DNA of 64,000 nt from Planctomycetota bacterium. Its GTDB lineage: Bacteria > Planctomycetota > UBA1135 > UBA2386. The stretch spans positions 3,264,001-3,328,000 of the forward strand of contig OZ245006.1 in the NCBI GenBank assembly GCA_965223545.1, given 5' to 3'. This document shows, in pieces, positions 1 to 9,366 of the stretch (the first letter of the stretch is position 1; every line of letters begins with the position of its first letter). Position numbers and translations under genes: made by a program. The notes under the pieces were generated by a model, which was given only the letters and a program-made list of their open reading frames with translations, was not told the origin of the DNA and searched no databases.

Positions 1-270
1 GTCTTGGGCGAGGTCGGCGAGAGCGTCGCGATCCTGGCGGGGCTCACGCCGCAGGTCCTACCCCTGCCGAGCTTTCGCGGCAGCCCGCTGCTACTGACAC
101 CGGTGATCGCGGCTCCGCTCGGCGCGGTCCAGGCTTCGGGTGACCTGATCGTTCCGGCTGGAACACCGGGCGGTGCGCTCGGTGCGATGGTCCTCTTGCA
201 GGCGGTATCGCTCCGCGCCGCGGGCACGCTCCACCTGTCGAACTCGACCGTCTTGATCTCCGGCGCATGA
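1..270 (+). CDS. 3' end of a protein carrying the shared C-terminal domain (partial, starts before the window)
   Basis: Open frame from the window edge. Ends ...VPAGTPGGALGAMVLLQAV...LSNSTVLISGA, matching the C-terminal pattern of seven other proteins here. Stop overlaps the next ATG (ATGA). Confidence 0.7.
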   Translation, partial: VLGEVGESVAILAGLTPQVLPLPSFRGSPLLLTPVIAAPLGAVQASGDLIVPAGTPGGALGAMVLLQAVSLRAAGTLHLSNSTVLISGA

Positions 271-1043
271 GCGGGCCGCGATCTCCTCGCTGGTCTCTTC
301 TCGCCCTCGCCGTCTCGCTGCCGGCCTGCGCACCGCAGGGCATCGACACCTGGCCACTGCCCGAGACGGGGTCCAGCGCCGACTTCGTGACGACGGTAAC
401 CATCACGGAAGGCGCCGACACCCGCGGCATGGTGACCGTGATCCACATGGATGAACGGCACACGGCCACCGACCGACAGGGGTCGTTGCGCACGGTCGAG
501 ACCGCGTGCCAGCGCGTCTGGGGTTCGATACGAGGCGGCGGCTTCCGCACCCCCGTCGAGTTCGACACGTCGGGCGGGGGTCGCATCCATCCGCTGGCAA
601 AGATGTTCGTCGACGCCATGCAGCGCGCGCGGCGGATCGTCGTCGACGCCACCGGCGTCGTGCAAACGGTCCAGATGCACGACGGCAAGAGCTGGCGCGA
701 CCCCGACGAGCACGAACGCGCGACGACCCAGCTGGCCCACCTGCAAGCCCCGCCATTGCCCGCCGCGGTCGGCACCGCGTGGGTGCCGGCAGTGGGTGCG
801 CACGAGTGCACCGAGCACGGCTGCGTGTTGATCGGCATCGAGAACACCCTCACCACCGTGACCCGCGACACGCTCCACATCGAGAGCCAGGGCGACCTGG
901 TCGACGACGAAGGCCACCGGCATTCGATCCGGCGGACGGCGGTGTTGTCGCGCCTGGACGGCTGGCCACTGCAGGCCGATGTGTCGGGTGCGTCTGGCGG
1001 TCGCGATGTCCGGATCGAGACGAGGCGCGCTCCGGCTCGCTGA
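267..1043 (+). CDS. hypothetical lipoprotein
   Basis: Hydrophobic N-terminus with a lipobox-like LPAC; coupled to the upstream stop. Confidence 0.6.
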   Translation: MSGPRSPRWSLLALAVSLPACAPQGIDTWPLPETGSSADFVTTVTITEGADTRGMVTVIHMDERHTATDRQGSLRTVETACQRVWGSIRGGGFRTPVEFDTSGGGRIHPLAKMFVDAMQRARRIVVDATGVVQTVQMHDGKSWRDPDEHERATTQLAHLQAPPLPAAVGTAWVPAVGAHECTEHGCVLIGIENTLTTVTRDTLHIESQGDLVDDEGHRHSIRRTAVLSRLDGWPLQADVSGASGGRDVRIETRRAPAR

Positions 1044-1052
1044 CCTCAGCGA

Positions 1053-2030
1053 TCAGGCACCGCCCGCTTCGCTGAGCTCGGCCAGCAACGCGGCGATTGC
1101 TTCCCGTTCGCGCTCCGGCAGCACGCGGTCCGCGCGCGCGCGGGTCGCCGCACCCAGCTCGTCGTAGAACCGGGCGTCATCCTCCGCCCGCGCCAGCAAC
1201 ATCGCCAGCTCGGCGTCGTCGCCGACCGAGAAGTAGCCCGGATAGTCCTCGCCGAGCAAGCCGACCGCCCCGGGGATCCGGGAAGCGAGCGTTGGCACAC
1301 CGAGAGCGAGCGCCTCACAGACGGCATTGGCGCCGCCCTCCATGCGCGACGACGACACGTGCAGCCAACTGCCCGCGACCATGCGGAGCACCTCTTCGCG
1401 CGGCAGCTCGCCGCGCCACTGGTAGCGCGGGTTGTCCGCGGCCTCGCGCTCGAGGACGGCGGTCCAATGGGGCTCCAAGACCGCACCGAGGTGCAGGACG
1501 CGTACTCGCGACGCCACTGGCAGACGCCGCACGGCGAACGCGGCACGCATCGGGTCCTTGACCTCGCGCAAATGGCCCACCACCACCGCCGTCAGCGGCG
1601 GCTGCGGCACCGGTCGCACGCCAGCGGGAACCGCGACCGACTGCACGATGACCCGTGCCTTGTCGCGCACCTCCTCGGGCAACACCTCGACACCGCGATC
1701 GTGCAAGACCACGATGCGCGTCGCCAACCGCAACGAACGCTGCGCGGCCGGGTCGACCGCCAGATCCGCGTGCAGGTCGGTGCCAGTCATCATCAACACC
1801 AGCGGCCTGTCGGGGTGTCGCTGCGCGAAATCCTCGATGGCCGCGGCACTGCGGCGAGCGTGCAGGGCAACCAGCACATCGGCGTCGCCCGACCCACCAT
1901 CCTCCACCGACACCTCGTGCCCGAGTTGGGCGAGCAGCATCGCCCAACGCTCCGCGGTGATCCGGTTGCCCTTCTGCGAACCGGGGGGCGCCGGCGTGCG
2001 AATCGCGATCCGGAGACGTTCCACCCTCAC
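1053..2030 (-). CDS. senB: selenosugar synthase SenB-like GT-B glycosyltransferase (TIGR04348-like)
   Basis: Motifs TPAPPGSQKGNRITAERW, ALHARRS, TGTDL, GHLREVKDP, SSRMEGGANAVCEA. GTG start overlaps the senA stop (GTGA). Confidence 0.85.
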   Translation of the reverse strand: MRVERLRIAIRTPAPPGSQKGNRITAERWAMLLAQLGHEVSVEDGGSGDADVLVALHARRSAAAIEDFAQRHPDRPLVLMMTGTDLHADLAVDPAAQRSLRLATRIVVLHDRGVEVLPEEVRDKARVIVQSVAVPAGVRPVPQPPLTAVVVGHLREVKDPMRAAFAVRRLPVASRVRVLHLGAVLEPHWTAVLEREAADNPRYQWRGELPREEVLRMVAGSWLHVSSSRMEGGANAVCEALALGVPTLASRIPGAVGLLGEDYPGYFSVGDDAELAMLLARAEDDARFYDELGAATRARADRVLPEREREAIAALLAELSEAGGA

Positions 2031-3316
2031 TCCAACGCGCAGGTGCGAAACCCGGCGAACACATCCCGGCGGGTCGGCTGGAAGAAATTCCGCCACGTGT
2101 TGCGGAGCAATCGCGACGGCGTGACCCAGCAGCCCCCGCGCAGCACCTTGCGGGTGTGGAACGAAGTCTGCGAGTAGTCTTCGTACATGTCGGGCTCGAA
2201 CCCCGGGTAGGGCGCGAACGTCGTCGACGTCCACTCCCACACGTTGCCCATCAGCTGGCGACAACCGGCAGGAGAATCGCCGCTCGACAGCGCACCAACG
2301 CCGACGGCGTCGCCGTAGACTCCGTCGACGTTGGCGCGCTCGGCGTCGACGCGGTCGCCCCCCCACGGGGTGCCGCGGGCTGCGCGACTGCCGTGCGCCG
2401 CGGCGGCGAACTCCCATTCCGCCTCGGTCGGAAGCCGGCGGCCCGCCCAGCGGCAGTACGCCTCAGCCTCGTGGTAGTTGACGTGCATCATCGCCCGGTC
2501 CGCCTGCAATTGCTGCCAACGGTCGAAGGAGCGGCGCTCGTATCCGCCTTCGTCTGGGCGCCAATACAGTGGCAACTCGGCGGCGGCCGAGACCCGCCAA
2601 GCCCAGCCGACCGGCGACCAAAGTTCGCGGCGCCGATAGCCAGCGTCATCGACGAACGCGGCAAACTCCGCCTCGGTCACCGCGCGCGCGGCAATCGAGA
2701 ACGGCTCCACTTCGGTGCGGTGAGCCCACTTCTCGTTGTCGAAGCAAAACCCGCCGCCGCGCGGAAAGCCGAGCTCGAACGCGCCACCCCCGACCGCGAC
2801 ATCACCCTCGCCACCGGGTTCGGCGGCCGGCGCCGGCCGCCGCGGAAACGCCGGCGCCGGGCAACCCAATGCCTGACGCGTGTAGGACAGCGCTTCGATG
2901 TGCATGTCCTCGTGGAACACGGAGTACAGGAGCAGGTAGCGCAGGCGGTCGTCGGCACCGACCGCCAAACACTCCTGCACGCGCCGCTCCACCGCCTGCG
3001 CATAGTCGATCGCCGCATCGCGATCCGGCACGGGCAGCCGCCAACGGTTCTCGTGCGCAATCGTGGTCGAGTCGAACAGGCGGTCCGCGTCGGCCATTGC
3101 CGGCGCCTGGCCGGCGCCACGGCGCAACACCCACAACTCCTGGAAGTAGGCCAAGTGGCACAGCTCCCAGACGAACGGGTTGACCGTGGGCAGCAGCGGC
3201 ACGTCCAGCTGCTCGTCGGTCAGGTCCTCGACCAACGAGATCGAGCGCTGCCGCGCGTCGCTGACCCAAGCGCTCAGAGTCCGGTCGGGAATCACCAGCA
3301 AGGCGCGGCTCACCAT
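2027..3316 (-). CDS. senA: selenoneine synthase SenA (EgtB-like DinB + FGE-sulfatase domains)
   Basis: WELCHLAYFQE and HEDMHIE metal ligands, FDNEKWAH, RLPTEAEWE, GNVWEWT, FAGFRTC; directly upstream of senB. Confidence 0.85.
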   Translation of the reverse strand: MVSRALLVIPDRTLSAWVSDARQRSISLVEDLTDEQLDVPLLPTVNPFVWELCHLAYFQELWVLRRGAGQAPAMADADRLFDSTTIAHENRWRLPVPDRDAAIDYAQAVERRVQECLAVGADDRLRYLLLYSVFHEDMHIEALSYTRQALGCPAPAFPRRPAPAAEPGGEGDVAVGGGAFELGFPRGGGFCFDNEKWAHRTEVEPFSIAARAVTEAEFAAFVDDAGYRRRELWSPVGWAWRVSAAAELPLYWRPDEGGYERRSFDRWQQLQADRAMMHVNYHEAEAYCRWAGRRLPTEAEWEFAAAAHGSRAARGTPWGGDRVDAERANVDGVYGDAVGVGALSSGDSPAGCRQLMGNVWEWTSTTFAPYPGFEPDMYEDYSQTSFHTRKVLRGGCWVTPSRLLRNTWRNFFQPTRRDVFAGFRTCALE

Positions 3317-3364
3317 ACGGTGACCGCGCCGCCAGCCCCAACCCGAGCCTTCGCAAACCGGTGG

Positions 3365-4084
3365 TCAGAGCCGGGTGATCGTGACCTGCGCGACCGCGTC
3401 GCGCCAGTCGTAGGTCTCCGGTGCGAGCGACGCGATGCCGTGGATCCCCGCGTGGATGTGCACGAACCCCTCGGCACCGGTGGGCACGCGCACCATCGGG
3501 TTGCCACAGGGCGGCCCGGGGATGTGGGCGCAGTCCTCGGTGTTGGCCTCGCTGCCGGCGTCGTAGGCAGCGGCGCGCACCGTGACACTGCCCGAGGCCG
3601 GCAAGGCCACGCGGTTGAGGCCGACGAAGGCATCGTTGGTGATCACCAGCATGCCCGCCAGCGACACCATGTCGCGGCCCGGCGTGCCGGACACGACCAC
3701 CGTGGCGGTCTCACCGGGGACGATCGGCCCCCCCGCGCCCATCGCGACCTGCACGTCGCGGACGAACGGGCTGGCGGCCAGACTGGCAATCAGCGGCTGG
3801 TTGAGAGCGTCCTCGGCGACGCCCGCGAGCTCGGCACTCGCCGGCGACCCGAGCGTGAACAGCGCCGGCTGGTCGGCGTTGTGGCTCGCGACCACCGGCG
3901 GCGAGAAGATCTGACCACGGGTGACATTCGTGATCTTGACCTCGTACTGCACCGGCGGCGCCGGCACCTCCGCGTCCGGCAACAACGTCACCACCGGCAC
4001 CGCAGCCCCCAACAACAGAAGAGAAGAACGAACACGAACGGAAGAAGTGAGCATGAGCATGGTCTCCAAAGGTCTGAACACCAC
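3365..4084 (-). CDS. spondin-domain (Spondin_N-like) secreted protein
   Basis: ITNVTRGQIFSPPVVASH, AGMLVITNDAFVGL, YDAGSEAN(T)E; signal peptide. Start may be a later Met. Confidence 0.8.
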   Translation of the reverse strand: MVFRPLETMLMLTSSVRVRSSLLLLGAAVPVVTLLPDAEVPAPPVQYEVKITNVTRGQIFSPPVVASHNADQPALFTLGSPASAELAGVAEDALNQPLIASLAASPFVRDVQVAMGAGGPIVPGETATVVVSGTPGRDMVSLAGMLVITNDAFVGLNRVALPASGSVTVRAAAYDAGSEANTEDCAHIPGPPCGNPMVRVPTGAEGFVHIHAGIHGIASLAPETYDWRDAVAQVTITRL

Positions 4085-4168
4085 GTCCTACGACCCCCCG
4101 GTCACCATCCGTTCACAGTTCCACCACGATTCGGTAAAGACGAACGTACGGAGCCAGGCTCCCATCCC

Positions 4169-5284
4169 TCACTCCGCCGGCACCCCATTCCCCCCGCCCT
4201 CGACCGGCAGATCCACCCACACCCGCGTCGCCTCTGCCGACGAGCTGGCGCCGACCTTGCCACCGTGCGCCTCGACCAAGCTCTGCACGATCGCGAGCCC
4301 GATGCCGGCACCGCCGCGGTCGCGCTCGCGCGCGCGCGACTTGTCCACGCGGTAGTAGGGCTCGAAGATCCACGGCAGGTCCTCGGCCGGAATCGGCTCC
4401 CCCACATTCTTGACCAGAACCCGCACCAAACGCCGCCGTGACAGCACCGAAATGGTGATGCCGTGCGCACCATCCGAGTATTGCAGCGCGTTGTGGAGCA
4501 GGTTGCCGAACACTTGCCGCAGTTGGTCGGGATCCGCGAGCACCGGTGGAACCGCATCCCCGACCACCTCGATGGCCACCGCCCGCTGCGCGCTCTGCGC
4601 CGAAAAGCTCTGCACCGTGTCGTCCAGCAACGAACGCACGTCACAGGGCTGCCTGCGCAACGGCGCCTGCTCCGCGCCAACACGCGCCGCGCGCAGCAGA
4701 TCTTCGGTCAAGCGCACCAAGCGCAAGAGCTCTTCGTGCAAGCCCGACAGCGTCTTGGCAGTCGGCTGCATGAGCCCATCCTGCAGGGCCTCGATCGTGC
4801 CGCGCAGATTGGTCAGCGGCGTGCGCAGCTCGTGCGCGACGTCGACCACCATCGCTTTGCGCGCGGCTTCGAGCTGGGCCAGACTCGCGGCCATCTCGTT
4901 GAACGCAATCACCAGGCGGTCGAGCTCGTCGGGCACGCCGCGCCGTTGCTCGACCGGCGAATAGTCGCCCGCCGCGACCCGAGCGCTGCCGGCGGTGAGG
5001 CTGTCGAGCGGGCGCAACAGCCGGCGAATCCACCAGTAGTCCACGACGAACGCGATCAGCACCGCGGCGGCACCCACCTGCACCGTCGCGATCCGCGTCG
5101 CCTGCCGAAACATCGACTCGACCTCGTCGGTTTCGATGTCGTACTTCTTCATCAAAGCCATGAACGCGTCGGCGGCGAGCAGATCGACCGCGATCTGCAC
5201 ACACAGCACCGCACCGGCGATCAGCAGCGCCTGGCTGGCCAGCAGCTTCCACAGCAACCGGCCCCGCGCCGCCCGCAGCCTCAC
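4169..5284 (-). CDS. HAMP sensor histidine kinase (BaeS-like)
   Basis: Two TM helices, HAMP, AHELRTPL H-box, NLLHNALQY, FEPYYR, GAGIGLAI; GTGA coupling to the regulator. Confidence 0.9.
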   Translation of the reverse strand: MRLRAARGRLLWKLLASQALLIAGAVLCVQIAVDLLAADAFMALMKKYDIETDEVESMFRQATRIATVQVGAAAVLIAFVVDYWWIRRLLRPLDSLTAGSARVAAGDYSPVEQRRGVPDELDRLVIAFNEMAASLAQLEAARKAMVVDVAHELRTPLTNLRGTIEALQDGLMQPTAKTLSGLHEELLRLVRLTEDLLRAARVGAEQAPLRRQPCDVRSLLDDTVQSFSAQSAQRAVAIEVVGDAVPPVLADPDQLRQVFGNLLHNALQYSDGAHGITISVLSRRRLVRVLVKNVGEPIPAEDLPWIFEPYYRVDKSRARERDRGGAGIGLAIVQSLVEAHGGKVGASSSAEATRVWVDLPVEGGGNGVPAE

Positions 5285-5997
5285 TCCGGCTCCTCGTACC
5301 GATAGCCGAAGCCGCGCACGGTGATGATGAACCGCGGTTTCGCCGGCTCCGGCTCGAGCTTGGCGCGCAGCTTCCCGACGTGCACGTCGACGACCTTGGG
5401 CACCACGCAGCCACCGGCCGGGTACAGCGCCTGCAGCAGATCGCGCCGCTCGAAGCACCGGCCCGGGGACCCCATCATGGTCTCCAACAACCGATACTCG
5501 GACGGCGTCAGCGCGATCTCCTGGTGACCGCGGAACGCGCACCGCCGCTCCTCGTCCAACACCAACCCCCGCCCCGGGGTCGGCCGACGCGTCGCCGCCG
5601 TGCGCTGCAACCGCCGCAGCACCGCCTGCACCCGCAACACGACTTCGCGCGGACTGAACGGCTTGACGACGTAATCGTCGGCCCCGAGCCCGAGCCCCTC
5701 GAGCCGATCGCTCTCCTCGTGACGCGCGGACAGAATGACGATGCCAACATCGCTGACCGCGCGCAGCTCGCGACAAACGCTCCAGCCGTCGCGGTGCGGC
5801 AGCATCAGGTCCAACACCACCAGCTCGGGCCGCTCGCGCAACGCCAGCGCCAAGCCTTCGTCGCCGTCATGCGCGATGCTGACCGCATGGCCAGCGTCAC
5901 GCAGATACAGCGCCAACAGCTCCGCGGTGCGCGGATCGTCCTCGACCACCAGCAACCGCGCTGGTGCCGGTTCGGGGAGCGCGCCGCGGGCGGACAC
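5281..5997 (-). CDS. OmpR-family response regulator
   Basis: VVEDD, LDLMLP, GADDYVVKPFSPRE, DVHVGKLRAKL, TVRGFGY. Start approximate. Confidence 0.92.
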   Translation of the reverse strand: MSARGALPEPAPARLLVVEDDPRTAELLALYLRDAGHAVSIAHDGDEGLALALRERPELVVLDLMLPHRDGWSVCRELRAVSDVGIVILSARHEESDRLEGLGLGADDYVVKPFSPREVVLRVQAVLRRLQRTAATRRPTPGRGLVLDEERRCAFRGHQEIALTPSEYRLLETMMGSPGRCFERRDLLQALYPAGGCVVPKVVDVHVGKLRAKLEPEPAKPRFIITVRGFGYRYEEPE

Positions 5998-5999
5998 CG

Positions 6000-7070
6000 T
6001 CAACGGCCGACGCGCAACTCCACCGCGTCGGTCAAGCCGGCGTGCGAAGGCGCCCACAGAGCCCCCTGGGCGAAGACCACCGCCCCAACCAGCGACGAGT
6101 TGTTCGGCACGCCCAATGCGATCGTCACCGGGCTCCCGTTCCAGACCGGTCCCGGCACGACCGGGAAAGCACCGCCGAGCAGCAGCTCACCCGGCGCACC
6201 CGGCCCCCCGAGACCGTGCCCCGGGATGATCACGCCACAGGGAAAGCCGGGCGCCGGTTGCGCCGAGATCCCGAGCACGGTCGAGGCCATCGCGCCGAGC
6301 GTCCCGGTCGGGTCGTGCAACATCACGCTCACCTGCTGGCCCAGCTGTGGCGTCGTCGCGCCCACCGTCAGGCTGTCCTGCGGATTGGCGCAGCCGTACA
6401 CCGACGTCGAAGAACGCAGCACGAAGCGGTAGGTACCGACCGGCCCGGGCAGACCGGCAAACGGTCCCGAGGCAGTGGTCACGTAGTCGATCGGATCCGC
6501 CGGCACGGTGTTGGCGTTCGGCGAAGTGTAGCTCGTGCCGCTGTCGGTCCCGGAGTCGTACACGCGCAGCGGCACCGTCAGATCGGTGACCCACTGTCCG
6601 CCCGGCCGCAAGTCCAGCCCGCTGACGCCGACAAACCAATCCGGACTCGGCGCCAGCATGCTGACCAGCGTGACGTGCGAGAACTCGGCCGTCAGCGTCA
6701 TCCGGACGCCGCGCGAAGCCGGCGAGGTCGACAAGCCGGAGAAGCGCAACACTTGATCTGCACCACCGGCGGCGATGGCCGCATTCACTTCACTGGTCAA
6801 CAGCGTCGTGGCGCCGGTCTCGGCCATCGACTCCATGCCCGGACTGGCCAGACCACCGCGCTGCCAGAACGACGTGCTCGCATCGTGCGAGCCGCCGATC
6901 AGCGGCGAGAAGTGCGGGTTGGAGGGAAACGAGACCGGATGGGTGGCGGCGCTCCAGGTCGACGAGAACGTGACGTCGTAGACCGCGACGCCCTGCTGCG
7001 CCGACAACATGGGGCCTTGGGAGCAGAGTCCTGCCGCGACGAGGAGAAGACGGGGTGCGAATGTGTGCAT
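6000..7070 (-). CDS. spondin-domain secreted protein with the shared C-terminal domain
   Basis: Signal peptide; FSPLIGGSH, ASPGMESMAETG, SMLAPSPDWFVG, YDSGTDSG (Spondin_N); then the C-terminal module. Confidence 0.85.
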   Translation of the reverse strand: MHTFAPRLLLVAAGLCSQGPMLSAQQGVAVYDVTFSSTWSAATHPVSFPSNPHFSPLIGGSHDASTSFWQRGGLASPGMESMAETGATTLLTSEVNAAIAAGGADQVLRFSGLSTSPASRGVRMTLTAEFSHVTLVSMLAPSPDWFVGVSGLDLRPGGQWVTDLTVPLRVYDSGTDSGTSYTSPNANTVPADPIDYVTTASGPFAGLPGPVGTYRFVLRSSTSVYGCANPQDSLTVGATTPQLGQQVSVMLHDPTGTLGAMASTVLGISAQPAPGFPCGVIIPGHGLGGPGAPGELLLGGAFPVVPGPVWNGSPVTIALGVPNNSSLVGAVVFAQGALWAPSHAGLTDAVELRVGR

Positions 7071-7173
7071 GGTGATGTGGGGAATTCCGTTGTCCCCACG
7101 TTTACGGGCCGGGGCGGCCGCGGTGCCGATCGCGGCGGGTCTTTACCGATTCTTGGCCAACCGACGGCTCGGG

Positions 7174-8607
7174 TCAGCCGATGCGGATCTCCAGCCCGCC
7201 GGAGAAAGAGAAGCCCGACGGCGCCGCCGGGTCGAAGAATACCGCTTGCGCGAAGACCCGCGCCCCGGGCATCAATGTCGGCGGCAAGGGCGCGGTCACC
7301 GAGAGTGCGCCCGCGCCCGGCTGCCCGGCAGGGCCACTGACGAGGAGGTTCAGGGCCATCGCCGGCGACACCAGGAGAGTGCCGCCCAGCACCGGCAATG
7401 CCGCGGTCGTGGTGCCAAGCACCAGGACCCCCGGAGCACCGCCGAGAACCGCGTTCGCGTGCAACGCGATCTGTTGGCCCGCCAGCGGACAACCGGTCGC
7501 GGTCAACGCCGGTACGTAGCCGCCACTGCCGGCGAGACCACCGCCGTAGAGCAACAGCGCACCCGAGCAGGGCGCACTGGCGACCTCGATCAAGGTCGCG
7601 ATCTCGCCGCTGCCCCCCGCCGCCGAGATCGGCTGCGACGGGTTGATCACCGCTCCGCCACCCGACTGCCCCTGGGAGAAGGCCAGCAAGACGTTCGCGA
7701 AGGTGTCCAAGACCAGGGCCGCGCCACGTCTCGTCGACCAAGTGCCCGCGTTGGTGGCTCCGGCGCCCGGGTTGTTGTTGGACGCGAACGCAGTCGCCAC
7801 CAACGAGCGGGCGTCGATGCGCACCATGCGCGGCTCGAGCGAAGTCGAGTTCGTGTCGACGATGGCGAGGAGATCTCCGTTGGGCAACCGACTCAGGCCA
7901 ACGGGCGTCTCGCCCGAACTGCTGACCTCGAACGCCCCGCAAGCAACCGGCCCGACGACGCGGCGGCCATCGGCCGACAGCTGCGCGCGCCGGATGTTCA
8001 GCGTCGTGCTGACCTGCCCGCCACACCCGGACTGTCCGGTCGGCGCCAGCGCGACGAGCGAGTTGGTCTCCGCGTGATAGATCAGCTGCGCGTACTGGAA
8101 GAACCCACCGGGCGGCGAGAAGTCGAAGGCACTCTGCCCGCTCTCGTCGAACAGGGTCTGCAGCCGATCGCTGGCGTCCAGGTAGACCACGCGGCTCCGC
8201 GAGACCGCGGTCTGCTGCATGTAGATGCGGCCGTCACCGGTCGGCGCGAACGCCCCGAACGTCGTCCCCTGGAAGCCGAGCGACTGCAGATTGCCCTGCG
8301 CATCGGCCAAGTACAGCTCCTGCGGATTGCCGACCGCACCGACCACGCCGACGAAGACGAGCTTGTCGCGATACGGATCGTACGCGATCGAGTCCTGCGT
8401 GTACGCACCTCCCTTGAAGTCCACGATCATCTGCGCGTTGCCGTTCGCCGGATCGATGCGCATCACCGCCCCATCGACCGAACTCCCACCCGTCACCGCC
8501 GGGCTCTTGAGGAACACGTCGCCGACGGCAAAACCCTGCGCGGAGACGCAAGGCGTCAGGACAGCGAGGCAACACATGAGCCCGCGCGCGGAGAGAGGAC
8601 CGGTCAT
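7174..8607 (-). CDS. secreted beta-propeller-like protein with the shared C-terminal domain
   Basis: Signal peptide MTGPLSARGLMCCLAVLTPCVSAQ; beta-rich repeats; ends FAQAVFFDP...SGGLEIRIG. Confidence 0.7.
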   Translation of the reverse strand: MTGPLSARGLMCCLAVLTPCVSAQGFAVGDVFLKSPAVTGGSSVDGAVMRIDPANGNAQMIVDFKGGAYTQDSIAYDPYRDKLVFVGVVGAVGNPQELYLADAQGNLQSLGFQGTTFGAFAPTGDGRIYMQQTAVSRSRVVYLDASDRLQTLFDESGQSAFDFSPPGGFFQYAQLIYHAETNSLVALAPTGQSGCGGQVSTTLNIRRAQLSADGRRVVGPVACGAFEVSSSGETPVGLSRLPNGDLLAIVDTNSTSLEPRMVRIDARSLVATAFASNNNPGAGATNAGTWSTRRGAALVLDTFANVLLAFSQGQSGGGAVINPSQPISAAGGSGEIATLIEVASAPCSGALLLYGGGLAGSGGYVPALTATGCPLAGQQIALHANAVLGGAPGVLVLGTTTAALPVLGGTLLVSPAMALNLLVSGPAGQPGAGALSVTAPLPPTLMPGARVFAQAVFFDPAAPSGFSFSGGLEIRIG

Positions 8608-8668
8608 TGGAAGCTCCTGGTGCGAGGAACAACGACGATAGCCGATCCCGCGCCCCCTCGCCGACGCC

Positions 8669-9115
8669 TCACCAGAGCGGCAGCAACACCGGCGCCGGGG
8701 TGATGTCCCCCTCGTCGAACGCAGTCTGCGGTGACGCCGCGTACGTGGGCTGGTTGTCGTCGTCGACGGGGACGCCGCTCGGGTCCAGGAAACCACGCCA
8801 GGCCAGATACCGGGTCTTGGTGGCCCCCGTAGCAACCACGCCACTGGACAGCACGACATCGATGCTGTCGTCGAGCACGGTGTTGGTGCCGTCCGCGTTC
8901 GCGCCGGGACGACTCACCAGCTGCACGAGGCCGTCGCCACCGAAGCCGCCGACTGGTTCGTCATCGCCCTGCCTCGTGGTCGGCGGCGGGTACTTGCCAA
9001 AGGGGAACATCGACACACCGCCGACGCCGCCGTGCCCCCCATTCGCGCTGATGCTCCCCGCTGGGCCGACCTCGATCCTGCCGGCGGCGACGATCGCCAT
9101 CGCCCCTCCGCCACG
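8669..9115 (-). pseudogene. orphan C-terminal remnant of a large Gly-rich surface protein
   Basis: GGGAMAIVAAGRIEV...ANGGHGG...GGFGGDGLVQL looks like the interior of a large exported protein. It has no signal peptide or credible start, and the frame runs into a repeat element at about 9112. Confidence 0.55.
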
Positions 9116-9342
9116 GCCGTGACCAAACTCGGATGCCGCTCTTGCCGGAGCGGTTTCGAAGGCCGGACACATCCGTCGCCTCGAGAATGTTGTCGACGCT
9201 CGACGATTGGTGGCGCCGGAGGCACTGTCTCTCCGAGCCTCCGGCGCGGCAGCGTTGTCGCCATGGCGGCGGCGTCGCCTCGAGAATGTTGTCGACGCTC
9301 GACGATTGGTGGCGCCGGAGGCTCACTCTGCGCGGCCGTAAC
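9112..9342. repeat. dispersed ~200 bp repeat element with an internal 50 bp direct repeat
   Basis: Identical 50-mer CGTCGCCTCGAGAATGTTGTCGACGCTCGACGATTGGTGGCGCCGGAGGC at 9174-9223 and 9273-9322; long blocks shared with 60770-60960. Confidence 0.85.
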
Positions 9343-9366
9343 CCGCGGCGGGTATCCTCGGTGACC

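Noticed and set aside
1053..3316. Selenocysteine UGA read-through near the sen genes
   Set aside because: The UGA codons sit at the expected protein ends and overlap downstream starts; no in-frame catalytic UGA was seen.
9174..9322. 50 bp direct repeat with a 49 bp gap as a mini-CRISPR
   Set aside because: Only two copies, the gap sequence is itself part of the repeat family at about 60850-60900, and no cas genes are present.
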